A stretch of DNA of 32,209 bases. It comes from an uncultured Candidatus Peribacteria bacterium. GTDB taxonomy: Bacteria; Patescibacteriota; Gracilibacteria; Peribacterales; Peribacteraceae. Shown one piece after another: positions 15,223 through 23,394 of this stretch (within the stretch, counting starts at the first letter, position 1; every line of letters starts with the position of its first letter). The stretch is from assembly GCA_964619805.1 (NCBI GenBank), contig CAZUFJ010000018.1, forward strand, positions 1 to 32,209, in the 5' to 3' direction. The position numbers were made by a program, and so were the translations under genes. The notes below the pieces were generated by a model, which had not been told where the DNA came from, ran no database searches, and saw only the letters and a program-made list of their open reading frames with translations.

Positions 15223-15311
15223 AGCAGAAAACCATCATCAAAGTCTTGGCGGTGCTCGGCCTTGCTGCGATCGTTCTCGGCGCGCTTCTGCCGACACTGA
15301 CTACGTTGTAG
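15219..15311 (+). CDS. Small membrane peptide (30 aa), not in the ORF track
   Basis: The ATG overlaps the PKD gene stop (ATGA at 15219-15222). Translation is MKQKTIIKVLAVLGLAAIVLGALLPTLTTL, ending in TAG. Single TM helix. Confidence 0.4.
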   Translation: MKQKTIIKVLAVLGLAAIVLGALLPTLTTL

Positions 15312-15315
15312 GAAT

Positions 15316-16332
15316 TCAAAAAGCCAATGCTTCCTGTGGGAGTGAGGCGGTTGTTTCGAACGCCGTGCATGCTTTTTCCCCTCGTTCTTTGATGAGGAAA
15401 TACCCCGCGCTCGCAATCATTGCGGCATTGTCGGTGCAGTAGGAAATTTTTGTAGGGAAGCGCACAGGGCGACCGAGCTTCGAAAGCATTGCCCGAAGAC
15501 GCGTGTTTGCAGAGGCTCCTCCAACGACGTGAGCTTCGCACACGTCCGAGTGCGCTTTCAGTGCCCGCTCAATCCGCGATAGTAAATGACGGCAGATCGC
15601 GTACTCAAATGATGCGGCCAGGTCACGCTTCTTCTTTTCGGATTCTTCGGGTCCTACATCTCGAAGCGTGTACTTAAGGGACGTTTTCAATCCCGAAAAA
15701 CTGAAATCGAATCCGGGCGCGCCTTCGAGCGGCATCGGAAATGCAAATGCTTCGGGGTTGCCGCTTGCTCCTGCGCGGCTGATCGAGGGGCCGCCGGGGT
15801 AGGGGAGCCCCAGCAAGCTCGCACCTTTGTCGAACGCTTCACCTGCGGCGTCATCGCGTGTCGCGCCAAGGAGAACACCGTCTGTGTGCCCTGTGCGAAG
15901 CCATAATTCAGTATGGCCACCCGATGCAGAGAGCGTCAGCGACGGAAAACTTGGGGCAGGGTCCGCCTCCAGCCAGACGGAACTTAGGTGTCCGAGCGTG
16001 TGATGAACGCCAACCAGCGGTTTTTTCCAAAGAGCTGCAAGCGCTCGTGCCGTCACGGTTCCAACGAGCAAGGATCCGAGCAATCCCGGCCCGCGCGTCA
16101 CGGCGATTGCGTCGATACGTTCCTGCGTGATGCGAGCGTCCGCGAGCGAAGCGTGCAGCACCGGCAGGATGCACTCGACTTGCTTGCGAGCCGCCTCCTC
16201 GGGAATCACGCCCGTTGTTCCTGCGAATGAAGCCTTGGACGTTGCTATGACATTCGATAGGACGCGGACGCCGTCTTCTACGATCGCTATACTCGTTTCG
16301 TCGCACGATGTTTCGATGCCAAGAATTCTCAT
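15316..16332 (-). CDS. tsaD: tRNA N6-adenosine threonylcarbamoyltransferase TsaD
   Basis: MRILGIETSCDETSIAIVEDG, HTLGHL and GGVAAN-like GGASANTRL are Kae1/TsaD hallmarks. I prefer the start at ATG 16332. The 36-codon upstream extension to 16440 is not homologous. Confidence 0.92.
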   Translation of the reverse strand: MRILGIETSCDETSIAIVEDGVRVLSNVIATSKASFAGTTGVIPEEAARKQVECILPVLHASLADARITQERIDAIAVTRGPGLLGSLLVGTVTARALAALWKKPLVGVHHTLGHLSSVWLEADPAPSFPSLTLSASGGHTELWLRTGHTDGVLLGATRDDAAGEAFDKGASLLGLPYPGGPSISRAGASGNPEAFAFPMPLEGAPGFDFSFSGLKTSLKYTLRDVGPEESEKKKRDLAASFEYAICRHLLSRIERALKAHSDVCEAHVVGGASANTRLRAMLSKLGRPVRFPTKISYCTDNAAMIASAGYFLIKERGEKACTAFETTASLPQEALAF

Positions 16333-16383
16333 GTTGCCAGTATGGATTAGGATGAGGAGGCCGAGTAGGGATAAAGTTTTCTT

Positions 16384-17433
16384 ATGAGAGTGGACATTCT
16401 CTTCATCACACGCAAAACCCGGGGAACGGGGGGCATGCAACGATTACACGAAGACCTCTTTCTTGCGCTTTCGAGGCGTCAGGATCTTCACATTCGACGC
16501 ATCGTGCCTTTCTTTTCCCTCGGCTTTCTTGATCTGACCTTCCCTGTGCGGGCCTTCGTCGCGTCGCTGCTTTTACCTAGAAAGAAAAGCATCGTACATC
16601 TTGGCGATGCCGCGCTCGCGCCGCTTGGGGTTTTGATTCAAACACTTACGGGCAGGTGCGTCACGGCGACATGCTGCGGTCTTGATCTTACGTATCCGAA
16701 TTTCTTCTATCAATGGATCCTCCGGCGAAGTATTTCTTCCCTTCGAACAGTCGTCTGCATCAGCGGCGCAACTGCGATAGAAGCTCAGAAGAGGGGAGTG
16801 TCAAAAGAGAATATTTCCGTGATTCCCTGTGGCGTATGGCCGGAACAATGTGAAGTGAAGAACGATGCAACGCGCTTTCCCTGCCCGACAATCGTCTGTG
16901 GAGGGAGATTGATTCCGAGGAAGGGGATAGCATGGTTCGTTTCCGAAGTCATGCCTTTGCTCGCTTCATCTCGTCCGAATCTACGTTGCAGCATCTTCGG
17001 CTCCGGTCCCGAAGAGCGTGCAATTCGGGATGCAATTTCAGAGAAGGCACTTATGGCAAACGTACGCATGCTCGGGAGGATCGCGGAGGAAGCGAAGGAG
17101 GATCTGCTCTCTGGCACGGATGTTTTTGTGATGCCAAATATTCCTGTACCCGGAGACATGGAGGGATTCGGCATTGTGTGCATCGAAGCGAGCGCGCGTG
17201 GGACGGCCGTCGTTGCATCGGAGTTAGAAGGAATTCGCGATGCCGTGATCGAATCCGAGACAGGAATTTTCTTTTCACCTCTGGATGCTCGTGATGCGGC
17301 ACGGGCGATCAATGCATTGATCTCGCATCCGCTGAGCCGGTCACACGTCTCGCAGGCGACGCATCATCGATACAATTGGCCTTCACTCGCAGATCGGTAC
17401 GTTCAGGAGGTTTTCATTCCAGCGCTGCCATGA
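16384..17433 (+). CDS. Glycosyltransferase family 4 (GT-B, group 1)
   Basis: The C-terminal EGFGIVCIEASARGTAVVASELEGIRDAV is a typical E-x7-E GT4 motif. Divergent from tsaD across a 51-nt spacer. Confidence 0.85.
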   Translation: MRVDILFITRKTRGTGGMQRLHEDLFLALSRRQDLHIRRIVPFFSLGFLDLTFPVRAFVASLLLPRKKSIVHLGDAALAPLGVLIQTLTGRCVTATCCGLDLTYPNFFYQWILRRSISSLRTVVCISGATAIEAQKRGVSKENISVIPCGVWPEQCEVKNDATRFPCPTIVCGGRLIPRKGIAWFVSEVMPLLASSRPNLRCSIFGSGPEERAIRDAISEKALMANVRMLGRIAEEAKEDLLSGTDVFVMPNIPVPGDMEGFGIVCIEASARGTAVVASELEGIRDAVIESETGIFFSPLDARDAARAINALISHPLSRSHVSQATHHRYNWPSLADRYVQEVFIPALP

Positions 17434-18467
17434 AGATCGGCCTCGTCACGTGGGATTACGATCCGCCGTGCGGCGGGCTCGGGCGCGCGATGCAGCGATT
17501 GCGCGATGATCTCCGATCGCTTGGTCACGAAGGTTCCTTGTTCCTCCCAAATCCCGGATCTTCACGTTTCAAATTTTGTGTAAAGATTCACCGCGAGCTT
17601 CCGCCGTGGATTGCAAAGGAGAGCATTGCGCTCCTGCTTTTCCCCGTCGGACCTGGTGGCGTTTTCCTCTTGCGGAAGCCAAAAGTTCCTTCCATCGCCC
17701 TCTGCTATCACGCGTACGCGCAGCAGGCCACGTTCGTTCCCGGCGAGTGGTGGAAACGGATCTTCGTTCCGTTTGAGCGCCGCACATTTCGCACGGCAGA
17801 TCACATCGCCGTGTATGCGCCGGATACGAAGCAAGCGCTTTGCGATGCCTACAGAACTCCAGAACATCACATCACACTCCTGACGCAGGGGTTCGATGCG
17901 GATGCTTGGAGTACCTTCGCAGCTCAGAAGGAAGGAGGTCTGTGCGTGTGTGTTGCACGTTTGGATCCACGCAAAGGCGTGAAGGAGCTCCTCGGCGTAT
18001 GGCGGCAAGTCGAGGAGCGTTCATCCAAGGCGAAGCTCGTCATCGTCGGTGATGGGAAAGAGCGACAGATCGTGGATGCGTTGATTCGAGGATGCGCGCG
18101 TGTGCGTCGAATCACGAGTCTCTCACTCACAGAGCTTCGTGCACTCGTATCCTCTGCAGAACTTGCGCTCTGCCCTTCGACGCTCGAGGGATTCGGGCTC
18201 GCCGCGGCGGAAGCGCTGGCCGCTGGAACGCCCGTGATCGCGCGCGACGCTCCGGGGGTTCGATCGCTTGTGAAGGATGGAACGACAGGGTGTATCGTTC
18301 CGATGTGCCGCTTTCCCGAGAGGATTCTGGAGCTTCTGAATGATGCGAAGCTCCTTGCGGAATTTTCAACCACTGCACGAATGGATATGCACAACCGGTT
18401 TGATCCGATGGTTTCGCAAAGACAGTTACAAGATCTCCTGCAAACGGTATGCTCGGGCACAGTATGA
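17430..18467 (+). CDS. Glycosyltransferase family 4 (second copy)
   Basis: MKIGLVTWDYDPPCGGLG, then LEGFGLAAAEALAAGTPVIARDAPGVRSLV. ATGA overlap with the upstream GT (17430-17433). Confidence 0.8.
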   Translation: MKIGLVTWDYDPPCGGLGRAMQRLRDDLRSLGHEGSLFLPNPGSSRFKFCVKIHRELPPWIAKESIALLLFPVGPGGVFLLRKPKVPSIALCYHAYAQQATFVPGEWWKRIFVPFERRTFRTADHIAVYAPDTKQALCDAYRTPEHHITLLTQGFDADAWSTFAAQKEGGLCVCVARLDPRKGVKELLGVWRQVEERSSKAKLVIVGDGKERQIVDALIRGCARVRRITSLSLTELRALVSSAELALCPSTLEGFGLAAAEALAAGTPVIARDAPGVRSLVKDGTTGCIVPMCRFPERILELLNDAKLLAEFSTTARMDMHNRFDPMVSQRQLQDLLQTVCSGTV

Positions 18468-19945
18468 GAACTTTCTTCGAGCGCCGAACCGTCATTGTCA
18501 TCGCAAGTGTGCTCCTTCTCGCGCTCCTCGCAGCCAAATATTTCTGGTCGCTGCTCTCCTATGACGTGCCTCTCGGATACGACCCGGGCATCTACCGTTA
18601 CTTGTTTCTTCAGTACGAGCTGTCCTTTCCGTGGATTCCGGAAACGTTGGAACCCTGGGCGCGTGAGCAGCCGCCCGGGCTCTTTCTGCTAGTGGCGCCG
18701 CTCCTCAGGATCGGCCTCCCCGTCGATGCCTTGGTCGGATGGATATGGAGCGTGTTCAGCGTCGTTCTTCCGGCCACCTATGCTCTTGTGATTGCGCGTC
18801 GCGAGAAAAATCAGACCTTCTTTGTGCTCATTCTTCTGCTCTCGCTCCTCTCGATCGCAACGTGGCACACATTCCTCGCAATGTACTGGAAGACCGCGGT
18901 CGCGCTCCTCTTCACGGTGCTCGCATTCGATGCGCTCGAGAGGAAATCCCTGGCCGCACTCCCGCTTGGTGTTCTCGTCATCATCATTCACCAGCAGACG
19001 GGGCTGCTTTTTGCGCTCGCCGTGATGTCGTGGCTTGCGCTCGAGCTGATCCGCAAGAGGAAGCAGCCCGAGGCGAAGCGCCTGCTGCTCCTCGTAGGGT
19101 GCATGTTCGCGCTCGGCGCTCTTGCGATACTCCCTGTGTGGTCCGTCGCGGTCGCGCCGCTGTTCGGCCGCTTATTTCAAATCGGAAAGTCTATTCCCGC
19201 AGGATCGTTCGCACCGATGTCGTTCTTCGTCGCCCATAGTGCGATCTTGCTCGCGCTCGGCGCGACGGGGTTCATCATGAGCTTTCGAAAAGAGCGAGGG
19301 ACTCTGTGGCAATTCGCGGTGGTGTGGTCCGCCGTGTTCGTGTTCTTTCGCCTGTTCTTCCACCGCAGATTTATTTTGCAGCTCGATTTCTTCCTGCTGC
19401 CGTTTGCGGCGAGTGCGCTCCGGATGCTCTGGAACGAATGGCGTTCTCCTTTCCTGCGCGGGTGTTTGAGTCTGCTTCTCCTTCTTCAGGGGATCGCAAC
19501 CGCCGCGCACGTCGTGCCGCAATTTTCACTGTGGTGCAGAATCGCCCCGTCCATCTGCGCGCGCTTCCCAGTGTTAGAATTGAAGCGAGTGGATGCCGAG
19601 CTTCTGCGTGATATTCAACGCATTGATCAAACCCTGCCTCCAGAGAGCCGCGTGCTCTCTCTCGAGCCGGAAATCACGCCGTGGCTGCGCGGATGGATGC
19701 CCTATCGCCCGGTTGCCGGTCCCGGCATTTTCCAATCGCCATGGAACTATGCCGGATGGGAACAATTCCTCATTGGATCTGTCGAAAAGCGCATGGGTCG
19801 GATCGCCGACCTCCCGAGGCCTCTTTACCTTTTCGTTTCGCCGCTCTTCCGTGAACACTACGGTGATCGAGCGGACATCTTCCTTGCCGAGCCCTGCTTC
19901 CAGCCGACCGAGGACGAACGCATCTGGGAAGTCGCGTGCCCTTGA
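18464..19945 (+). CDS. Polytopic membrane protein, possibly a GT-C-fold glycosyltransferase or polymerase-like protein
   Basis: About 10 hydrophobic helices followed by a roughly 130-aa soluble C-terminal domain. The first loop carries acidic YDVPLGYDPG. ATGA overlap with the upstream GT (18464-18467). The family assignment is inferred from topology only. Confidence 0.55.
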   Translation: MRTFFERRTVIVIASVLLLALLAAKYFWSLLSYDVPLGYDPGIYRYLFLQYELSFPWIPETLEPWAREQPPGLFLLVAPLLRIGLPVDALVGWIWSVFSVVLPATYALVIARREKNQTFFVLILLLSLLSIATWHTFLAMYWKTAVALLFTVLAFDALERKSLAALPLGVLVIIIHQQTGLLFALAVMSWLALELIRKRKQPEAKRLLLLVGCMFALGALAILPVWSVAVAPLFGRLFQIGKSIPAGSFAPMSFFVAHSAILLALGATGFIMSFRKERGTLWQFAVVWSAVFVFFRLFFHRRFILQLDFFLLPFAASALRMLWNEWRSPFLRGCLSLLLLLQGIATAAHVVPQFSLWCRIAPSICARFPVLELKRVDAELLRDIQRIDQTLPPESRVLSLEPEITPWLRGWMPYRPVAGPGIFQSPWNYAGWEQFLIGSVEKRMGRIADLPRPLYLFVSPLFREHYGDRADIFLAEPCFQPTEDERIWEVACP

Positions 19946-20733
19946 ATTCTATGTTGCAATTTTTTCCGTCACGCACCGTCGCGCTTGAGATCCTGGGATT
20001 TGACGTCCACTGGTACGGCGTCATGTATCTGCTCTCGTTTCTTGTCGCACTCTGGATCGTGCCCCGTCTGCAGCGTTACAGGGATCTCGATCTTCATCAT
20101 GAGAAAATCGCGGAGCTCCTCACCTTCGTCGTGATCGGCGTGATCGTCGGGGGGAGGCTCGGCTACGTGCTCTTCTACGAACCTGGGTACTTCTTCATAC
20201 ATCCTTTGCGGATTCTTGCGGTCTGGAATGGCGGTATGTCATCACATGGAGGATTTTTAGGTGTTGGCATTGCGGTCGTTCTCTACTGTCATCGAAATGC
20301 GGTCGATATTCGTAAAATTCTGGATATTGCCGTGATTCCAGCCGCAATCGGTCTCGCTCTCGGGCGCATGGGCAACTTCATCAACTTGGAACTCTATGGA
20401 ACCGTGACAACGCTTCCATGGGGCATCACGATCCCCGGCATTGAGGGTCTCCGACATCCGACGCAGATTTATGCCGTACTCAAGGATCTGCTGATCGCAG
20501 GTAGTTGCTTCTGGCACTTGACGCGCGTGCATCCGATCCGTCCCGGTCGCACATTCGCGTTTTTCTTGATGCTCTATGGCGTGCTTCGTTTCTTCGTCGA
20601 ATTCTTCCGCGTGCAATCGGCACCGCTCCTCGATCTTTGGATCCTCAGCCTCAGCCGCGGGCAACTGCTGACGCTGCCGGTTCTTCTGCTCGGAATTTTT
20701 CTTTGGAGGTGGCTTAGACCCAAAAATGAATAG
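19936..20733 (+). CDS. lgt: Prolipoprotein diacylglyceryl transferase
   Basis: HWYGVMYLLSF, NGGMSSHGGFLG, GRMGNFINLELYG, PWGI and RHPTQIYA are Lgt signature blocks. The start could also be ATG 19951. Confidence 0.92.
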   Translation: MPLNSMLQFFPSRTVALEILGFDVHWYGVMYLLSFLVALWIVPRLQRYRDLDLHHEKIAELLTFVVIGVIVGGRLGYVLFYEPGYFFIHPLRILAVWNGGMSSHGGFLGVGIAVVLYCHRNAVDIRKILDIAVIPAAIGLALGRMGNFINLELYGTVTTLPWGITIPGIEGLRHPTQIYAVLKDLLIAGSCFWHLTRVHPIRPGRTFAFFLMLYGVLRFFVEFFRVQSAPLLDLWILSLSRGQLLTLPVLLLGIFLWRWLRPKNE

Positions 20734-21404
20734 CGGTGGAGCTTGCACGGCCCGAATTTTTTAATTGCCTCCAAATGTTCGGGTGATCCATATCCCTTAT
20801 GACGCTCGAAGCCATACTGTGGAAAATCTTTTGCATGCTTCATCATCATTCGATCGCGTGTGACCTTCGCGATAATTGATGCGGCTGCGATGCAAGGCTC
20901 CAAGCCGTCGCCTCGAACGATGGAACGATGAGGATAGTCGAACCAGAAGTGATCGCGGCCGTCGACAAGTAGATAGGTTGGCGTGATTTTTTTGGAGAGC
21001 ATTCGAAGGGCAGCTTGCATCGCGCGTTCGGTTGCCGCGAGGATTCCAAAACAATCAATGTCTTCCTGCGAACGCATCCCATATCCAAATGCGCAGTGTT
21101 CCGTGATCCATGCGTAAGCGATCTCACGCTCTTTTGATGCGAGCGCCTTGCTGTCTCCGATAATCACATCGTTCGCGGGCTTTCGTTTCCACGGTGACCA
21201 CGCGCCAAACGCTCTTCGTCTGCGGAATAGCTCCTGAGAAATATGGCATGCACCGGCAACAACCGGACCCGCCAAGGGGCCTCGTCCAGCCTCGTCTATG
21301 CCCACAATGACGATGTTTGACAGTATAATATTATTATAGGATAATGATATAAGATCTTTCACAGCATAACGTGCGAGCCTCTGTTTCTGGCATTGCCAAT
21401 GCAC
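20574..21404 (-). CDS. rnhB: Ribonuclease HII, with an atypical 49-aa C-terminal tail antisense to lgt
   Basis: VGIDEAGRGPLAGPVVAGA, LVDG, SIIAKVTRD and HKGYGS..H......GPCKLHRYSF. The conserved core ends near 20724. The remaining Arg/Ser-rich tail overlaps lgt by 160 nt. The N-terminal 30 aa are also unconserved, so an in-frame GTG just before GIDEAG is a possible start. Confidence 0.85.
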   Translation of the reverse strand: MHWQCQKQRLARYAVKDLISLSYNNIILSNIVIVGIDEAGRGPLAGPVVAGACHISQELFRRRRAFGAWSPWKRKPANDVIIGDSKALASKEREIAYAWITEHCAFGYGMRSQEDIDCFGILAATERAMQAALRMLSKKITPTYLLVDGRDHFWFDYPHRSIVRGDGLEPCIAAASIIAKVTRDRMMMKHAKDFPQYGFERHKGYGSPEHLEAIKKFGPCKLHRYSFLGLSHLQRKIPSRRTGSVSSCPRLRLRIQRSRSGADCTRKNSTKKRSTP

Positions 21405-21470
21405 GGATGTCCCGTGCGATGCCAGATCATGGGCTCAGGAACGAGCCCCTCACACAAAGGAGTGTGCGCG

Positions 21471-21644
21471 ATGATCTTTCAATGGATTGTGAACGCGGTG
21501 GCCGGTGATGATTTCGATTTTCTCGAGGTTGTATTTGACCAGCAATGGATCATCTACGCGAGTCTGATCGCAGCGGCGGTCGGGCTCATCATCTACGGCT
21601 TTATTCTGGACCGAAAAATGGCGAAAGAAGGGAGGTCGCTGTGA
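21471..21644 (+). CDS. Small membrane protein (57 aa)
   Basis: AAGGAG lies 9 nt upstream of ATG 21471. Translation starts MIFQWIVNAVAGDDFDFLEVVFDQQWIIYASLIAAAVGLIIYGFIL.., with one TM helix. A strong terminator follows. Confidence 0.5.
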   Translation: MIFQWIVNAVAGDDFDFLEVVFDQQWIIYASLIAAAVGLIIYGFILDRKMAKEGRSL

Positions 21645-21692
21645 CTTTTCTCCTTACCATTTTTCAATGAGTGCTCAGTTCTTGAGTTCGAT

Positions 21693-21727
21693 CGCTCCGA
21701 CCCCTCAGAGGTCGGAGCGTTTTTTTA
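21693..21727 (+). terminator. Intrinsic terminator
   Basis: CGCTCCGACC-cctcaga-GGTCGGAGCG followed by TTTTTTTAT. Confidence 0.75.
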
Positions 21728-21738
21728 TTCCACTTCTT

Positions 21739-21774
21739 CATACCCATACACCAATATATTGGTGTATGGGTATG
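21739..21774. repeat. Perfect 36-bp palindrome
   Basis: CATACCCATACACCAATA / TATTGGTGTATGGGTATG has 18-bp arms and no spacer. It lies between the terminator at 21693-21727 and the stop of the minus-strand Mur ligase gene (21782). Confidence 0.95.
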
Positions 21775-21781
21775 GAAAACT

Positions 21782-23032
21782 TTAAGTGTAATTCGAGGAC
21801 AATATTTCTTTAGCAATTTCGCGCTCGTTCCAGGGAATCTGCCCCCGCTTCACCCACATCATCGTGTCGCTGCCTTTGCCGCAGAGGATGACGATGTCGC
21901 CTGGCTTCGCTTCTTGAAAGAGAAACTCGATTGCACTCCTTCGGTCAACAATGCGGTATGCCTTTGTTTTTTCATGATCAATGCCAGCCCATACCTCATC
22001 AATAATTTTCTCCGGATCTTCCGTGTACGGATCTTCGTTCGCAACGACCGTGACATCCGCGTACGTGCTCACGATCCGTCCGACAATTGGTCTCTTCTCT
22101 TTCATCCTGTCGCCGCAACTTCCCGTGAGTACGAGCAAGCGACCGCCGGGCTGAAGCATTGATTTCAATGTCGAGAGCGTCTTCTCATACGATGTTGGCG
22201 TCACCGTGAAATCCACGTAGACGGCGAATGGCTGGCCTGCTTCGATCCTCTCCATGCGTCCAGGGACACCTTTGAATGATGCAAGCGCATCCGCTGCATC
22301 CGCTATGCGAATGCCGCAGGCAGAAGCACACGTGATTGCACAGAGTGCGTTCTCGATGTTAAATGTTCCTGGAATTTGAAGATGCAACGATGAAACGGGG
22401 AGGGGATGACCTATTGTTTCGTCGTACGTGAGCATTTGAATAGCCAAGCCCCTCTGAAGATTCGTGCAAAATTTTGCAAGTGTTTCATACGACGGATCCG
22501 AAGCATTGAGCACGGCTGCTCCAGCACCTCGGAGCATCGCAAAAAGCCGCGACTTCGCACGCAGATATTCCCCCATCGTTCCGTGATAATCCAGATGCTC
22601 CTCCGAGAGATTTGTCATCGCGGCGACGAGCGGCCAAGTGAAGAGAAGCCGACCTTGCGTGAGTCCGTGTGACGAGCACTCGAGCACCGCATGCGTGCAA
22701 TCCTGCTTCACAAGCTCGCGCAGAAAGCGTTGCGTGATGAAGGGCGACGGCGAAGTTTTCTGTGTGCCGTTCCATTGGATGTCGTCACGAATGCGAAAGA
22801 AAGCGGTCGAGAGCGCACCAGCCGCAATACTCTGCGCATGCAAAATATGCGCGAGCATACCGACCGTCGTCGTCTTGCCATCCGTTCCCGTGATGCCGAT
22901 CACCGTGAGGTGACGCGCGGGAAATCCATACAGCGTCGCCGCGGCAAACGCCTGGACGCGGTGCCAAAGTCCAATAACGGGCTCAGGAACGAAAATCTTT
23001 AGAATACGTTTCATACAATGCGAGGATACCAC
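21782..23032 (-). CDS. Mur ligase family protein (MurE-like UDP-MurNAc-tripeptide synthetase, short form)
   Basis: P-loop GITGTDGKTTT. NLSEEHLDYHG, GRMERIE and VDFTVTP (in place of DYAHTP). GSCGDRMKEKRP is MurE-like GGDRD..KRP. It lacks the N-terminal Mur domain. The start may be ATG 23014. Confidence 0.78.
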   Translation of the reverse strand: MVSSHCMKRILKIFVPEPVIGLWHRVQAFAAATLYGFPARHLTVIGITGTDGKTTTVGMLAHILHAQSIAAGALSTAFFRIRDDIQWNGTQKTSPSPFITQRFLRELVKQDCTHAVLECSSHGLTQGRLLFTWPLVAAMTNLSEEHLDYHGTMGEYLRAKSRLFAMLRGAGAAVLNASDPSYETLAKFCTNLQRGLAIQMLTYDETIGHPLPVSSLHLQIPGTFNIENALCAITCASACGIRIADAADALASFKGVPGRMERIEAGQPFAVYVDFTVTPTSYEKTLSTLKSMLQPGGRLLVLTGSCGDRMKEKRPIVGRIVSTYADVTVVANEDPYTEDPEKIIDEVWAGIDHEKTKAYRIVDRRSAIEFLFQEAKPGDIVILCGKGSDTMMWVKRGQIPWNEREIAKEILSSNYT

Positions 23033-23390
23033 GCGCTTCCACGATATCCGCTTGCATGGCTAATATAAGCGCTTCCGGTGTTTTAAAATTCTCGATGTCA
23101 CGTATGTTTGCGATGACCTGAACGTGGACTTCCTTGGGCGGCCGAGCGATATGCCGATCGATGATATGAACTTCGCACGAGGGCGTGTCGCCAAAGACTG
23201 GCCTCGGCCCCAGGTGCATCGCGGCCGGGAATTGCTTCCCGGAACATTCCACGAAGCAAGCATAAATTCCTTCTGCCAAATCCTCCGGTACCTGGCTGCG
23301 ATCCAGATTCAGCGTCGGTACCGAGAGAGACTTCCCTCGATTCGAACCAGCAATTACCTTTGCGCCGAAAGTGATGACCTTCTTTGTCAT
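22983..23390 (-). CDS. Riboflavin kinase (monofunctional flavokinase domain)
   Basis: 135 aa. GAKVIAGSNRGKSLSVPTLNL, GIYACFV, HLGPRPVFGD, CEVHIIDR and IRDIENFKTPEALILAMQADI match the RibF C-terminal flavokinase pattern. Confidence 0.78.
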   Translation of the reverse strand: MTKKVITFGAKVIAGSNRGKSLSVPTLNLDRSQVPEDLAEGIYACFVECSGKQFPAAMHLGPRPVFGDTPSCEVHIIDRHIARPPKEVHVQVIANIRDIENFKTPEALILAMQADIVEARGILALYETYSKDFRS

Positions 23391-23394
23391 AGAA

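Noticed and set aside
21393-21470. 26-codon N-terminal extension of the small membrane protein ORF
   Set aside because: The AAGGAG motif and spacing favour the ATG at 21471. The extension overlaps the rnhB start region and is Cys, Pro and Gly-rich with no signal-like character.
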